The notes below the pieces were generated by a model. It saw only the letters and a list, made by a program, of their open reading frames with translations. It did not search any database and was not told where the DNA came from. A DNA stretch of 32,000 nucleotides from Bacillus subtilis subsp. subtilis str. 168 (lineage in GTDB: Bacteria > Bacillota > Bacilli > Bacillales > Bacillaceae). This document shows positions 1-12,104 of the stretch, in pieces (position 1 is the first letter of the stretch; the number at the start of each line of letters is the position of its first letter). The position numbers and the translations under genes are program-made. The stretch lies in NCBI RefSeq assembly GCF_000009045.1, contig NC_000964.3:3450001-3482000 (forward strand), given 5' to 3'.

Positions 1-526
1 TCGTGCCGGTTGCCAGCTCCGCCAAACTGCGGGAAATGGACAGCTGCATCGTTTTTGTCGCACTGTAATGGGCCATTTCCTGTGACGGCATAATCGCCGC
101 TTCACTGGCAATGAAAATCACACGCCCTTCTTTTTTCTCTATCATGTTATGCAAATACCTGCGTGTCAGCCTTACACCGCTCATAATATTCACTTCAAAA
201 AAACGAAACCATTCATCGTCGGGAATATCAAAGTACTCCGCCGGTTCAAAAATCCCTAAATTGTTGACCAAAATATCAACCTCTGGATATGCCTGAAACA
301 GCTCATTGCAGCCTTCTTCTGTTCCCAAATCAAATGCAGCCGGATAAAGAACCGCTTCAGCATGTTGTGTTTTCAGTTCATCTATCGTTTGATTCACTTT
401 CTCTTCCCGGCGTCCGTTAATGATCACTGCCGCACCTTCTTCAGCTAACGAAGAGGCAATAGCTTTTCCGATCCCTGATGTCGAACCGGTCACCAGTGCG
501 GTTTTTCCTTGTAAATTCAGCTTCAT
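1..526 (-). CDS. yvaG: Short-chain dehydrogenase/reductase, partial (C-terminus off the left edge)
   Basis: Manual minus-strand translation from ATG at 526..524, preceded by GGAGGG: MKLNLQGKTALVTGSTSGIGKAIASSLAEEGAAVIINGRREEK..., with the Rossmann TGSxxGIG motif and NNLG. Open to the window edge, which is why it is absent from the ORF track. Confidence 0.9.
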   Translation of the reverse strand, partial: MKLNLQGKTALVTGSTSGIGKAIASSLAEEGAAVIINGRREEKVNQTIDELKTQHAEAVLYPAAFDLGTEEGCNELFQAYPEVDILVNNLGIFEPAEYFDIPDDEWFRFFEVNIMSGVRLTRRYLHNMIEKKEGRVIFIASEAAIMPSQEMAHYSATKTMQLSISRSLAELATGT

Positions 527-664
527 TATTCATCCCTCCGTTTTTGATTCCTCTTATTTATTGACAGAAATCTGATTGGTGAAACATCTGCTCTGCAATC
601 AGTATGAAACAGCTGGGATTGAAATGGAAGTACGCACTTTTTGGTGCCTGTGGTTTGGAGAAAA

Positions 665-700
665 AATAAAGCAGAACCTCTTAAGAGGTTCTGCTTTATT
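665..700 (-). terminator. Rho-independent terminator downstream of ssrA
   Basis: Near-perfect palindrome aataaagcagaacctcttaagaggttctgctttatt. On the minus strand it is followed by a T-rich tract (run of A at 661-666 on +). Confidence 0.85.
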
Positions 701-711
701 GTCAGTATGTA

Positions 712-1071
712 TGGAGACGGTGGGAGTCGAACCCACGTCCAGAAACATCGATTACTTAAGCGTCTACGAGCGTAGCCTGCATATTTATGGTTTCACTCAT
801 CTTCTTGCCTGCGGGCGGGCCTTCCGAGAGCTAGTCTGTTCATCTCTTCTTACGTTCTCAGACGGGAACGCAAGCGTAGCCTACTTGGATGTGCTCTTCA
901 CAGACACATAGGCAATGTCAGGAAGAGCTCGCTGCGCTTATTAGGCAGCTAATGCTACGTTTTGGTTAAAACTGTTAGTTTTGCCAGTTATATTTAAGTG
1001 CGTGTTTACGAGATCGCCTCTCGGCTCGCAGCTCAAGCTCGATCCATCCCTGTCGAATCCGTAACGTCCCC
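712..1071 (-). ncRNA. ssrA: tmRNA (transfer-messenger RNA)
   Basis: Minus strand starts GGGGACGTTACGGATTCGACAGG... and ends ...GGGTTCGACTCCCACCGTCTCCA. The GGGGAC/GTCTCC acceptor stem pairs. The tag reading frame GGC AAA ACT AAC AGT TTT AAC CAA AAC GTA GCA TTA GCT GCC TAA (985..941) encodes (A)GKTNSFNQNVALAA. Confidence 0.97.
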
Positions 1072-1131
1072 TTGGTATAAGGGAAATACGGGAGAAAATA
1101 TCAAGCTCTCACTCAAACTGGCTATAGTCTT

Positions 1132-1159
1132 ATTATAACATGATCACGGCTCTTTTCAA
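1132..1159 (-). promoter_or_regulatory. Candidate SigA-type promoter of ssrA
   Basis: Minus strand TTGAAA (1159..1154), 16 nt spacer, TATAAT (1137..1132), about 60 nt upstream of the mature tmRNA 5' end. Confidence 0.6.
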
Positions 1160-1247
1160 TTGTCAAATCCTTCAAATGAATGGCGTCGTGATCTGATCGT
1201 GAACACAGTATAGCACAGGCCTGATTTTCGAATCAAGCACTATGCCT

Positions 1248-1718
1248 TTAGAAGCCTTTTTGACTGTCTCTGAACGCTCTTTCGATTTCCCGCTTCGCGT
1301 CCTTGCGCTTCAGATCTTCCCGTTTGTCATAGTTCTTCTTCCCTTTTCCAAGGCCGAGAAGCACTTTGGCAAAGCCGTTTTTTAAATACAGCTTCAGCGG
1401 AACGAGAGAATAGCCTTTTTCCTTTGTTAACCCGATCAGCTTATTAATCTCCTTGCGGTGCATTAACAGCTTTCTTGTCCGGAGCGGATCGTGGTTATAG
1501 CGGTTTCCCTGCTCATATGGGCTGACGTGCATATTGTGGAGAAACACTTCTCCCCGTTCGATTTTGGCGAAGGAATCCTTAAGGTTTACGCGGCCGGCGC
1601 GAATCGATTTGATTTCGGTTCCTTGCAGAACGATGCCTGTTTCATAGGTTTCTTCTATAAAATAATCGTGGTTGGCTTTCTTATTTTGAGATAATACTTT
1701 TCCTGACCCTTTTGGCAT
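1248..1718 (-). CDS. smpB: SsrA-binding protein SmpB
   Basis: [50 protein letters not shown]... is characteristic of SmpB. Internal Met start (156 aa) chosen over the 168-aa ORF. Adjacent to ssrA. Confidence 0.97.
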   Translation of the reverse strand: MPKGSGKVLSQNKKANHDYFIEETYETGIVLQGTEIKSIRAGRVNLKDSFAKIERGEVFLHNMHVSPYEQGNRYNHDPLRTRKLLMHRKEINKLIGLTKEKGYSLVPLKLYLKNGFAKVLLGLGKGKKNYDKREDLKRKDAKREIERAFRDSQKGF

Positions 1719-1862
1719 GCCAGAACCTCCTCTCTCTAAGGAAAAACTGTCCACCTTTTGCGATACGCTCTATTTTACCAAATGTCACGTACCGCTACAA
1801 TGAAAAGCTGTTTCCGAAAGAAAGCAAATAGAGCGCTGCGGCCCTATTTGCTGGTTGAGCTG

Positions 1863-4202
1863 CTATTTCTTCTTTTTCCGTTTCTGTTTCGGAGCATTCT
1901 GGAAGCCGCGTTTTTTCTTTTTCTTCTTCGGCTTAGTGAACCACTCCCCTTTTTCCTCAGACGGAGCTGGAGAAACAGGTGTATTGGTGCTTTGAACACG
2001 TTTTCTGGCAGGCTTTCCGCGTTTTCTGCTCCGGCTGCTGTCCAATTCTCTCGGACGCCGCGGAGTGCCTTTCATGCCGACAATTTCAAAGTCGATATTG
2101 CGCTCATCTTTATTGACATCGACAACCTTGACTGTGATTTCATCCCCGATGCGGAAGACGTTGCCTGTCCGCTCGCCAATCATTGCGAAATGCTGTTCGT
2201 CAAAGCGGTAGTAGTCATCTGTCATAAAGCTGACATGGACGAGTCCTTCAATTGTATTCGGCAGCTCGACGAACATTCCGAAGTTTGTCACAGAGCTGAT
2301 CATGCCGTCAAACTCTTCACCGATTTTATCAAGCATGTATTCCGCTTTTTTCAGATCATCCGTCTCACGCTCGGCGTCAACTGCACGGCGCTCCATAGAT
2401 GATGTATGTTCGGCGATATCCGGCAGGCGTTCAGCCCACTTTTCCTGTGTCGCTTCATCGACCTTGCCGTTGATCAAATACGTTCGGATCAGACGGTGAA
2501 CGATTAAGTCCGGGTAACGGCGGATCGGTGATGTGAAATGCGTATAGAATTCCGTTGACAGACCGAAGTGCCCCAAGCTTTGCGGGTCGTATTTCGCCTG
2601 TTTCATCGAACGGAGCATAACAGTAGATATAACCGTTTCCTCTGGTCTGTCACGCACAGCGTCCAGAATGCTTTGCAGCGCGCGCGGATGAATATTCCCC
2701 GCCGTTCCTTTCACCACATAGCCAAATGTCGTCACAAATTCTAAAAACTTTTGCAGCTTTTCAGCATTCGGCTCTTCGTGAATCCGGTATATAAACGGGA
2801 CATTCATCCAATGGAAATGCTCCGCAACTGTTTCGTTTGCTACAAGCATAAATTCTTCAATCAGCTTCTCGGCGACAGAGCGTTCTCTGATCACAACGTC
2901 TTTAACCGCTCCTTCGTCATCAACAAGCACCTTTGCTTCTTTGAAATCAAAGTCAACGGCGCCGCGGTCCATCCGCTTATCGCGCAGAATTTGAGCCAGA
3001 CGCTCCATGTCTTTGAACATCGGAACAAGAGGCTCGTATTTTTGTTTCAGCTCTTCATCATCATCAACAAGAATTTTATTCACATCTGAATATGTCATTC
3101 TTTCCGTTGTTTTGATGACACTTTGGAAGATCTCGTGCTCTGTCACCTGTCCCTGACTGTTAATTGTCATTTCACAAGAAAGCGTCAGGCGGTCAACCTT
3201 TGGATTTAAGGAGCAGATGCCGTTTGACAATCTGTGCGGAATCATCGGGATGACACGGTCAACCAGATACACACTTGTCCCTCTTTCAAGCGCTTCTTTG
3301 TCAATCGGCGAGTTTTCGGTTACGTAATGGCTGACATCAGCTATGTGAACGCCAAGCTTGTAGCTTCCATCATCAAGCTTCGTCACGGTAACTGCATCAT
3401 CCAAATCCTTCGCATCCGCACCATCAATGGTGACAATCACCTGGTCACGGAGATCACGGCGGTCTTTCAGATCTTTTTCATCAATCGTGTCAGGCGTACT
3501 TGATGCCTGTTCCATCGCGTCAGCTGGAAATTCTCCCGGCAGGCCGTGCTTATGAATGACCGATAAAATATCAATGCCCGGGTCGTTTTTGTGGCCGAGA
3601 ATGGTTTCAACCTCACCCTCTGCGTTCATGCGGCCTTCAGGATAGCTCGTCAGCTTGACAACAACCTTATGCCCTTCCGCAGCTCCATTTTTCCCATTTT
3701 TCGGAATGAAGATGTCACTCGTGATTTTTTTGTCGTCCGGAATGACAAAGCCGAAGTTTCTCGTTTCTGTATACGTGCCGACAACCCGCTGAATCGCTCT
3801 TTCTAAAATCCGTATGACGGTTCCTTCCTGCCTGGAGCCGCTTGATTGTGAGTTCAGACGCACCATGACGATATCGCCGTTCATTGCCGTATTTAGCTCA
3901 TTAGGCGGAATAAACACATCACTTAACGACGTATCCTCAGGCAGCAAAAAGGCGAATCCTTTCGCATGGGCTGAAATCTTTCCTTTTATTAAATTCATCT
4001 TCTCCGGAATGCCGTAGCGGTCGCTTCTCGTCCGTACGATAAGCCCTTTTTCTTCCAAGGCGACTAACGCTTTGACGAGCTCTTTAAACTCCTCGGCTTC
4101 CGTAATATTTAACATCTCCTCAAGTTCCTGAACGGTCAGAGGTTTGTACGCCTCTTCCTTCATAAACGAGAGAAGCTTTTCCATAAATGCTTCTTTTTCC
4201 AT
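1863..4202 (-). CDS. rnr: Ribonuclease R (3'-5' exoribonuclease)
   Basis: 779 aa RNB-family protein with [33 protein letters not shown] and an S1 domain; Lys-rich C-terminal tail. Confidence 0.97.
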
Positions 4203-4220
4203 TATCCGACCTCCTGTTGA

Positions 4221-4967
4221 TTACCAATCGAGCTTCTCTAAAAATTCATACACATCCTGATGGACGAGGTCACGTTCTTTGTCGAGTGTAATGACATGCC
4301 CTGATTCCTCGTACCATTTCAGCTGTTTATCATCAGTTTCCACTTCGTTGTAAATAATATTGGCGCTTTCGGTATTAATCATGTGGTCATGACGGGCCTG
4401 CACCACAAATGTCGGTGAATAAATCATATCGACATTATTCCGCACATCAGCAATTAAGTCTTGCAGCGCCTTGAGGGTATTCATCGGCGTTTTTTCGAAT
4501 TCTTTCATTTCCTCTTCAATTTGCTCCGGGCTTTTCCCCTCAAACTTTTTGTAATTGCGAGCGTATGAAAGAACGCCTTGATACATGACCTCTTCACTCT
4601 TAATATGCATCGGTGCGCACATTGGGACAATTCCCTTTATGGGTACAGTGTAACCCAATTTCAGCGAAAAAACCCCGCCAAGCGACAGTCCGCAGGCAGC
4701 AATGCTCTCATAACCTTCAGATTTTAAATATTCATAGCCATCCATTACGTTTTTCCACCAGTCTTCGGGCCCCGTATGTACAAGTTCTTCAGGCGGGACG
4801 CCATGTCCTTCATATTGAGGCGCGTGGCACGTATAGCCGCGTTCATTCAAATATCGTCCCAGCATCCTTACATCCGCTGTATTTCCTGTAAAGCCATGCA
4901 GCAAAAGCACCGCTTTGTCTCCGCCTTTAAATGTAAATGGTTTTGGTGTCACAACTTTCATGCTCAT
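4221..4967 (-). CDS. yvaK: Carboxylesterase / alpha-beta hydrolase (Est30-like)
   Basis: [22 protein letters not shown] and the GLSLGG nucleophile elbow. Start may be the third codon (MKVVTPKPF...). Confidence 0.9.
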   Translation of the reverse strand: MSMKVVTPKPFTFKGGDKAVLLLHGFTGNTADVRMLGRYLNERGYTCHAPQYEGHGVPPEELVHTGPEDWWKNVMDGYEYLKSEGYESIAACGLSLGGVFSLKLGYTVPIKGIVPMCAPMHIKSEEVMYQGVLSYARNYKKFEGKSPEQIEEEMKEFEKTPMNTLKALQDLIADVRNNVDMIYSPTFVVQARHDHMINTESANIIYNEVETDDKQLKWYEESGHVITLDKERDLVHQDVYEFLEKLDW

Positions 4968-5092
4968 GTCTCCCTTTCTATCTGCACGATCATTTTAGTT
5001 TTCCACAGTTTAATCAGAAAAAAACGTTTTGAATATCATCCAGAAACGTGAAAAAGGCCTGACTTCACATCAGACCTTATACAAACATTGCC

Positions 5093-5323
5093 CTATAGGA
5101 TATAAGCAAGCGCAATCGTTAACACGAAAAACAAGACTGCCAGCACTACCGTAATGCGGTGCAAAATTAAATCAAGACCTCTTGCTTTTTGTTTCCCGAA
5201 GAGCTGCTCCGCTCCGCCTGAAATCGCACCAGATAATCCGGCACTTTTACTGGATTGAAGCAAAACGACAATAATAAGTGCAATGCTGACGATAACCAAT
5301 AAGGTAATCAAAACTGCGTGCAT
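5093..5323 (-). CDS. secG: Preprotein translocase subunit SecG
   Basis: [76 protein letters not shown], the SecG two-TM pattern. Internal Met gives 76 aa. Confidence 0.95.
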   Translation of the reverse strand: MHAVLITLLVIVSIALIIVVLLQSSKSAGLSGAISGGAEQLFGKQKARGLDLILHRITVVLAVLFFVLTIALAYIL

Positions 5324-5471
5324 CCCATACACCTCCAGACTCACTGGCTACATTACTTCTATTTTACATGAAAAGGGTTGGCATGTCACGCTGTATCAGA
5401 CGCCAAAAGGCCGGATAAGACGTTTTATCTTGGTTACCCTATTCATATGAAAAGGTCAAAGGAGAAAAGCG

Positions 5472-6242
5472 ATGCCGCTTATCAGCATAGACAGCAGGAA
5501 ACATCTTTTTTATGAAGAATATGGACAGGGAATCCCTATCATTTTTATCCACCCGCCGGGCATGGGACGAAAGGTTTTTTATTATCAGCGCCTTCTATCC
5601 AAGCATTTCAGGGTGATTTTTCCGGATTTAAGTGGCCACGGTGATAGTGATCACATCGATCAGCCAGCGTCTATTTCCTATTACGCAAACGAGATCGCGC
5701 AATTCATGGACGCTTTGCACATTGATAAAGCTGTGTTATTCGGGTATTCTGCCGGAGGCTTAATCGCGCAGCATATCGGCTTCACCCGCCCGGACAAAGT
5801 GTCACACCTTATTCTGTCCGGCGCCTACCCCGCTGTTCATAACGTAATCGGCCAGAAGCTGCACAAACTGGGAATGTATCTGCTTGAAAAAAACCCCGGT
5901 TTGCTCATGAAAATCCTCGCTGGCAGCCACACAAAAGACAGACAGCTTCGCAGCATATTAACAGACCATATGAAAAAAGCAGACCAGGCCCATTGGCATC
6001 AGTATTATCTGGATTCGCTTGGCTACAACTGCATTGAACAGCTGCCCCGCCTAGAAATGCCAATGCTGTTTATGTATGGCGGCCTGCGGGACTGGACCTT
6101 TACAAACGCAGGCTATTACCGAAGATCGTGCAGACATGCCGAATTTTTCAGATTGGAATATCAGGGACATCAATTGCCGACAAAACAATGGAAAACGTGC
6201 AATGAGCTGGTGACAGGGTTTGTGCTGACACATCATTCATAG
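5472..6242 (+). CDS. yvaM: Alpha/beta hydrolase
   Basis: 256 aa: [38 protein letters not shown]... with GYSAGG nucleophile elbow. Confidence 0.88.
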
Positions 6243-6281
6243 GAATAGAAAACGCTTGGCTTCCTTGCGTTTTTTGTTACT

Positions 6282-6524
6282 TTATTGACTTTTGTCAACG
6301 AAATCATAGTAAAAAAGATCCTCAAATTTCAAATTAAAATAGTGAAGCATTTTACCAATCACAAGCTGCCCCGGCCTTCTTTCTCCATTCAGCACGCGGC
6401 TCAGTGTGGCGGGTGAGACTCCGATTTCCAGCGCAAGCTGATTAAGGGAATAATCGTTATTAACCATATACTGCAAGACATAATCACGTCTAATCTGTAT
6501 CTTTTCTACTGGCACTTTCCTCAC
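6282..6524 (-). CDS. yvzC: Small XRE-family helix-turn-helix protein
   Basis: 80 aa ORF with HTH: SLNQLALEIGVSPATLSRVLNGERRPGQLVIGKMLHYFNL. Confidence 0.75.
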   Translation of the reverse strand: MRKVPVEKIQIRRDYVLQYMVNNDYSLNQLALEIGVSPATLSRVLNGERRPGQLVIGKMLHYFNLKFEDLFYYDFVDKSQ

Positions 6525-6666
6525 CTTCCATTCCTGAAAAACTTTTTTCTATACTTTTACATTACGGCTTATGTTAACTTTTGTCAATACATTTCCAGTC
6601 TACCTATTCCCTTTAGTCAATAAACATACTAAAATATGAGTAACAGTGAGGGACGGGGTGAGATAT

Positions 6667-7074
6667 ATGGAAAGCTTTGGCGAACAATTACGGGCATTGC
6701 GTGAAGAGAGAAAGTTAACAGTCAACCAGCTGGCGACTTATTCAGGCGTAAGCGCGGCCGGCATCTCCAGAATCGAAAACGGAAAACGGGGCGTTCCCAA
6801 ACCTGCCACCATCAAAAAACTGGCAGAGGCCTTAAAAATTCCTTATGAGGGGCTTATGTACAAGGCTGGTTACATCGAAGAAGTGCATGAAGCCAGGGCC
6901 CCTTATGAAACGAAGTGCAAGCTGCTTGAAAAAGCGGAGGCCTATGACCTGAAAAACCTTGCGCTTCTTGAGAACGAAAAGTGGCAATATCTCAATAAAG
7001 AAGATTTGCTCATGCTGGATCATTATTTTTCGTTTATTTCAGATGAAGCGAAAAAACGGTCTGCTGATGACTGA
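6667..7074 (+). CDS. rghR: XRE-family transcriptional repressor RghR (YvaN)
   Basis: MESFGEQLRALREERKLTVNQLATYSGVSAAGISRIENGKRGVPKPATIKKLAEALKIPYEGLM... (135 aa from the internal Met; the upstream ORF start at 6646 is less likely). Confidence 0.88.
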   Translation: MESFGEQLRALREERKLTVNQLATYSGVSAAGISRIENGKRGVPKPATIKKLAEALKIPYEGLMYKAGYIEEVHEARAPYETKCKLLEKAEAYDLKNLALLENEKWQYLNKEDLLMLDHYFSFISDEAKKRSADD

Positions 7075-7103
7075 CTCTTGATAGAAATGTGAGGCGATAG
7101 ACC

Positions 7104-7523
7104 ATGTCACCGTTCGGACAGCAATTACGGGAGCTGCGCCGCGCCCGCAAACTGACAGTGAATCAGCTTGCGGTGTACTCAGGCATCAGCTCGGCCACCA
7201 TTTCAAAAATTGAAAACGGCAAACGCGGGACGCCAAAACCCGCCACGATTAAAAAACTGGCAGCCGTCCTGAAAGTGCCGTACGAAAACCTAATGGCCGC
7301 CGCAGGCCATATTCAGGCCTTTCCTGAAGAAATCCGCGAAGCATCTGAAGGCTATCAATCCGTTTATGAAATTTACCAGACGGCTGTCACACGCGGAGCG
7401 GAGCACCTCCCGATTTTCAATAGTCAAAAATGGGAACATCTCTCAAAGCAGGATATTGAAAATCTCAGCAAATACTTCGATTTTTTGTCTTCAGAAGCAA
7501 AAAAACGCGCCTCTTCCTCATAA
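7104..7523 (+). CDS. yvaO: XRE-family transcriptional regulator, RghR paralogue
   Basis: MSPFGQQLRELRRARKLTVNQLAVYSGISSATISKIENGKRGTPKPATIKKLAAVLKVPYENLMAAAGHI..., strongly similar to the preceding ORF. The true start may differ by a few codons. Confidence 0.85.
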   Translation: MSPFGQQLRELRRARKLTVNQLAVYSGISSATISKIENGKRGTPKPATIKKLAAVLKVPYENLMAAAGHIQAFPEEIREASEGYQSVYEIYQTAVTRGAEHLPIFNSQKWEHLSKQDIENLSKYFDFLSSEAKKRASSS

Positions 7524-7614
7524 TCCCCTGTTTCTCTTTCTATATTTTATCAATCACGCTTGCATGCCCTCCCTCGTTATTTGCGTTATAATAGTGACAG
7601 ACGAGGTGAAAAGT

Positions 7615-7941
7615 ATGAACCAATCAGAAATGTGTCCTAGATTTGAAAAAGCAGTCGACATCTTAAGTAAACGCTGGGTCGCTTTAATCGTATTTCAGCT
7701 CTTGAACGGGTCGCAGCGATTTAGCGAAATTGAAGCAGCACTTCCAAATCTAAGCGGCAGAGTTCTGTCAGAACGGCTGAAAGAACTTGAGCTTGAAGGA
7801 GTAGTGAAGCGGGATGTCATCCCTGAAACTCCGGTTCGCATCGAATATTCATTGACTGATAAAGGAAAGGCACTAGCACCCATATTAGGTGAGATTTCTA
7901 AATGGGCGACTGAATGGATTGACCCTTCCTTTCTTGACTAA
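7615..7941 (+). CDS. yvaP: HxlR-family winged-helix transcriptional regulator
   Basis: Internal ATG at 7615 preceded by GAGGTG: MNQSEMCPRFEKAVDILSKRWVALIVFQLLNGSQRFSEIEAALPNLSGRVLSERLKELELEGVVKR... (108 aa). Confidence 0.88.
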   Translation: MNQSEMCPRFEKAVDILSKRWVALIVFQLLNGSQRFSEIEAALPNLSGRVLSERLKELELEGVVKRDVIPETPVRIEYSLTDKGKALAPILGEISKWATEWIDPSFLD

Positions 7942-7946
7942 TTGCT

Positions 7947-7988
7947 AAAATGGTTCTGATCTCAAAGACGAGAAAAGAACCGTTTTTT
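7947..7988 (+). terminator. Rho-independent terminator after yvaP
   Basis: aaaatggttct...agaaccgttttttatttt stem with T tract. Confidence 0.65.
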
Positions 7989-8065
7989 ATTTTCCAGGTG
8001 AAAAAAAGATATCTCAGCCGATATATAGTACATCCACACATTACGTTTTTAAAGGAGACCACTAT

Positions 8066-9766
8066 ATGCGACTGACGATTTCCCGCAAATTCAGCCTGGT
8101 ATTTTTGACACTGATCCTGATCAATTTACTTGTAGGCGGAATAGGCGTTCTTAATATGCAGCATATCATTCAAAAAACAGATGAAATCAACACAAAATGG
8201 ATTGACGGCATCAAAGGAATCACTTCAATTAATTATGTAACCGAGCACCTGTCTTCTAAAGAAAAGGACTTTCTGATTTATACAGACAAAAGTAAAATGG
8301 ATACACTTGATCAAGAAATGAATCAAATCATGGAAGACATTAACCAAAAGCTCGATAACTACGAAAAAACGATCTCCACTGATAAAGAGCAGAAACTGTT
8401 CGAGCAGCTTCAAACTAAAGTGAATACCTATATGGATATTCATGCGCAAATTATCGAAAGCGGCCGCACGAATGACATGGACAAAGCAAGAGGTTTATTG
8501 GTTCAGACTGAGGCCAGCTTTGAGGATATGAAAAAAACAATCACTCAGCTTGTTGACTTAAATCAAGAAGGCAGCAACACAGCGGTAAAAGAAACGAAGG
8601 CCGTCTATCATAAAGGGCTCATTTACACTGCTTTGCTTGTGGCAGCATCAATCCTCATCAGCATTTTCATCTGGCTTTATATCACGCGAAACATTGTAAA
8701 GCCTATCATTCGCATGAAGGAATCTGCCAATCATATTGCCGAAGGCGATTTGTCGAACGATATGGAGGCCCTCAACTCAAAAGACGAGCTGGGTGATCTG
8801 AATGAAGCGCTGCAAAAAATGGTAGGGAATCTGAGAGATATTGTCGGATATTCTAAAGACATATCAAGCCGGGTTCTTTCTTCTTCACAGGTGCTTGCAA
8901 CCGCAACGAATGAAACAAGATCCGGCAGCAAACATATTACCGAGACGATGAACGAAATGGCTGAGGGCTCTGAACAGCAGGCCCAAGACGCGGTGACGAT
9001 TGCCGAATCGATGAATGAGTTTACCGAAAGCATTGATAAAGCCTATAATCACGGCATCACAATCAGCGATACGTCTCAAAACGTTCTCGAACTCGCGGTA
9101 AGCGGGAACGAAAATATGGCTACGTCATTACAGCAAATGAAAACCATCCATCATATTGTTGAAGAAGCCGTGCATAAAGTGAGATCACTGGAACAGCATT
9201 CTCAGGATATTAACAAGCTCGTTCAGGTCATCAACGGGATTGCCGAGCAGACGAATTTGCTGTCCCTTAACGCCGCGATTGAAGCTGCCCGCGCTGGAGA
9301 AAGCGGCAAAGGCTTCGCCGTTGTGGCAGAGGAGGTCAGAAAGCTGGCTGACGGCGTTTCTGATTCCGTGCAGGACATTACCCGGATTGTAAACGGGACA
9401 CAGCAGGAGATCCACACTGTCATTACGTACTTGGAAAGCAGCTTTACAGAAGTCGAAAAAGGAACGGAAAACCTGACAGACACCGGACAGGCTATGCAGC
9501 ATATCAAACAATCCGTCACCCATGTTGCAGACAGCATTAAGGAAGTAACGGATGGCTTGAAGCAGTTAACAAACCAATCGATTACCATCAATCAATCGAT
9601 TGAAAATATCGCTTCTGTATCCGAAGAGTCTGCCGCCGGCATTGAAGAAACATTTTCAATTACCGAGCAATCCGCCCATTCGATGGATCAAGTGCTTCTA
9701 AATGCTGAAGAGCTTGAGCAGCTGGCCAATGAGCTTAATGAGAAGATGGGTCAGTTTACGATTTAA
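8066..9766 (+). CDS. yvaQ: Methyl-accepting chemotaxis protein
   Basis: 566 aa; N-terminal TM and 4-helix-bundle sensor, second TM, HAMP, and MCP signalling hairpin ...[39 protein letters not shown].... RBS AAAGGAG upstream. Confidence 0.95.
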   Translation: MRLTISRKFSLVFLTLILINLLVGGIGVLNMQHIIQKTDEINTKWIDGIKGITSINYVTEHLSSKEKDFLIYTDKSKMDTLDQEMNQIMEDINQKLDNYEKTISTDKEQKLFEQLQTKVNTYMDIHAQIIESGRTNDMDKARGLLVQTEASFEDMKKTITQLVDLNQEGSNTAVKETKAVYHKGLIYTALLVAASILISIFIWLYITRNIVKPIIRMKESANHIAEGDLSNDMEALNSKDELGDLNEALQKMVGNLRDIVGYSKDISSRVLSSSQVLATATNETRSGSKHITETMNEMAEGSEQQAQDAVTIAESMNEFTESIDKAYNHGITISDTSQNVLELAVSGNENMATSLQQMKTIHHIVEEAVHKVRSLEQHSQDINKLVQVINGIAEQTNLLSLNAAIEAARAGESGKGFAVVAEEVRKLADGVSDSVQDITRIVNGTQQEIHTVITYLESSFTEVEKGTENLTDTGQAMQHIKQSVTHVADSIKEVTDGLKQLTNQSITINQSIENIASVSEESAAGIEETFSITEQSAHSMDQVLLNAEELEQLANELNEKMGQFTI

Positions 9767-9776
9767 AGAGAAAAAA

Positions 9777-9800
9777 GAGGCTGGACTCCAGCCTCTTTTT
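9777..9800. terminator. Bidirectional terminator between convergent yvaQ and opuBD
   Basis: aaaaaagaggctgg-act-ccagcctcttttt. Confidence 0.8.
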
Positions 9801-9805
9801 CTATT

Positions 9806-10486
9806 CTATGCAGCTGATTGAACATGTTTCGCCCCGGTTCTTTTTTTCTTCACCGGACTTAATGCCCGCTCCAGCCAAGCCATGAGCAAATCCGCCCCTA
9901 CCGCCATCACCGCAGTTGGTATCGCTCCGGCTAGAATAATCGCAGTTCCGTTTGTTGCGTTTGAGCCGCGTACGATCATGTCCCCAAGGCCTCCGGCACC
10001 GACAAATGTGCCGATCGCTGTAATTCCGATGGCAATGACGAGAGCCGTGCGAAGGCCCGCCATAATGACAGAAAGTGCGAGCGGGAGCTCAACCATTCTG
10101 AGCACTTGGAATTTCGTCATGCCCATTGCTTTTCCAGATTCTAAGTAGGCATGTTCAATACTGATAATGCCTGTGTACGTGTTTCGAATAATCGGCAGCA
10201 GGGAATACAGAAATAATGATAGAATCACGGTATTTGCGCCGAGCCCCATAACAAGCATTAAGACGGCCAGCATAGCGAGCGCCGGGATTGTTTGAATAAC
10301 GTTTGTTACGGCAAACACCCAGGCTGACAAACGGCGAAAATGCGCGATGAGGATTCCGGCCGGAACCCCGACGACAGCGGCAAATAAAACGCCGTAAGCC
10401 GACATGAGAAAGTGGCGGCCGAATTCATCCATGACGTAACTGCCATTCTGCGCGTAATACGTCATTAACTGTTCAAGCACGTTCAT
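9806..10486 (-). CDS. opuBD: Choline ABC transporter permease OpuBD
   Basis: 226 aa; MNVLEQLMTYYAQNGSYVMDEFGRHFLMSAYGVLFAAVVGVPAGILIAHFRR...; BPD permease motif EHAYLESGKAMGMTKFQVLRMVELPLALSVIMAGLR. Confidence 0.93.
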   Translation of the reverse strand: MNVLEQLMTYYAQNGSYVMDEFGRHFLMSAYGVLFAAVVGVPAGILIAHFRRLSAWVFAVTNVIQTIPALAMLAVLMLVMGLGANTVILSLFLYSLLPIIRNTYTGIISIEHAYLESGKAMGMTKFQVLRMVELPLALSVIMAGLRTALVIAIGITAIGTFVGAGGLGDMIVRGSNATNGTAIILAGAIPTAVMAVGADLLMAWLERALSPVKKKRTGAKHVQSAA

Positions 10487-10502
10487 TGACCTCTTCCCCC
10501 TT

Positions 10503-12088
<1,586 letters not shown>

Positions 12089-12104
12089 GACTTATCGCCC
12101 CTCC

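Noticed and set aside
111-296. 61-aa + strand ORF
   Set aside because: Antisense to the clear SDR coding frame (yvaG); no support.
576-911. 111-aa + strand ORF
   Set aside because: Lies mostly antisense to the tmRNA gene with a coincidental open frame and no RBS or family resemblance. Structured RNA explains the region.
941-985. Possible 1-nt deletion in the tmRNA tag (a three-T rather than four-T run at the 960/961 line boundary)
   Set aside because: Re-reading with the ORF 576..911 stop codon as a coordinate anchor shows the run is tttt and the tag is exactly 45 nt with the canonical frame. The tag is intact.
1758-2402. 214-aa + strand ORF overlapping rnr
   Set aside because: Antisense to the rnr 3' end; the Leu/Phe/Arg-rich composition is the reverse complement of the Lys-rich tail codons.
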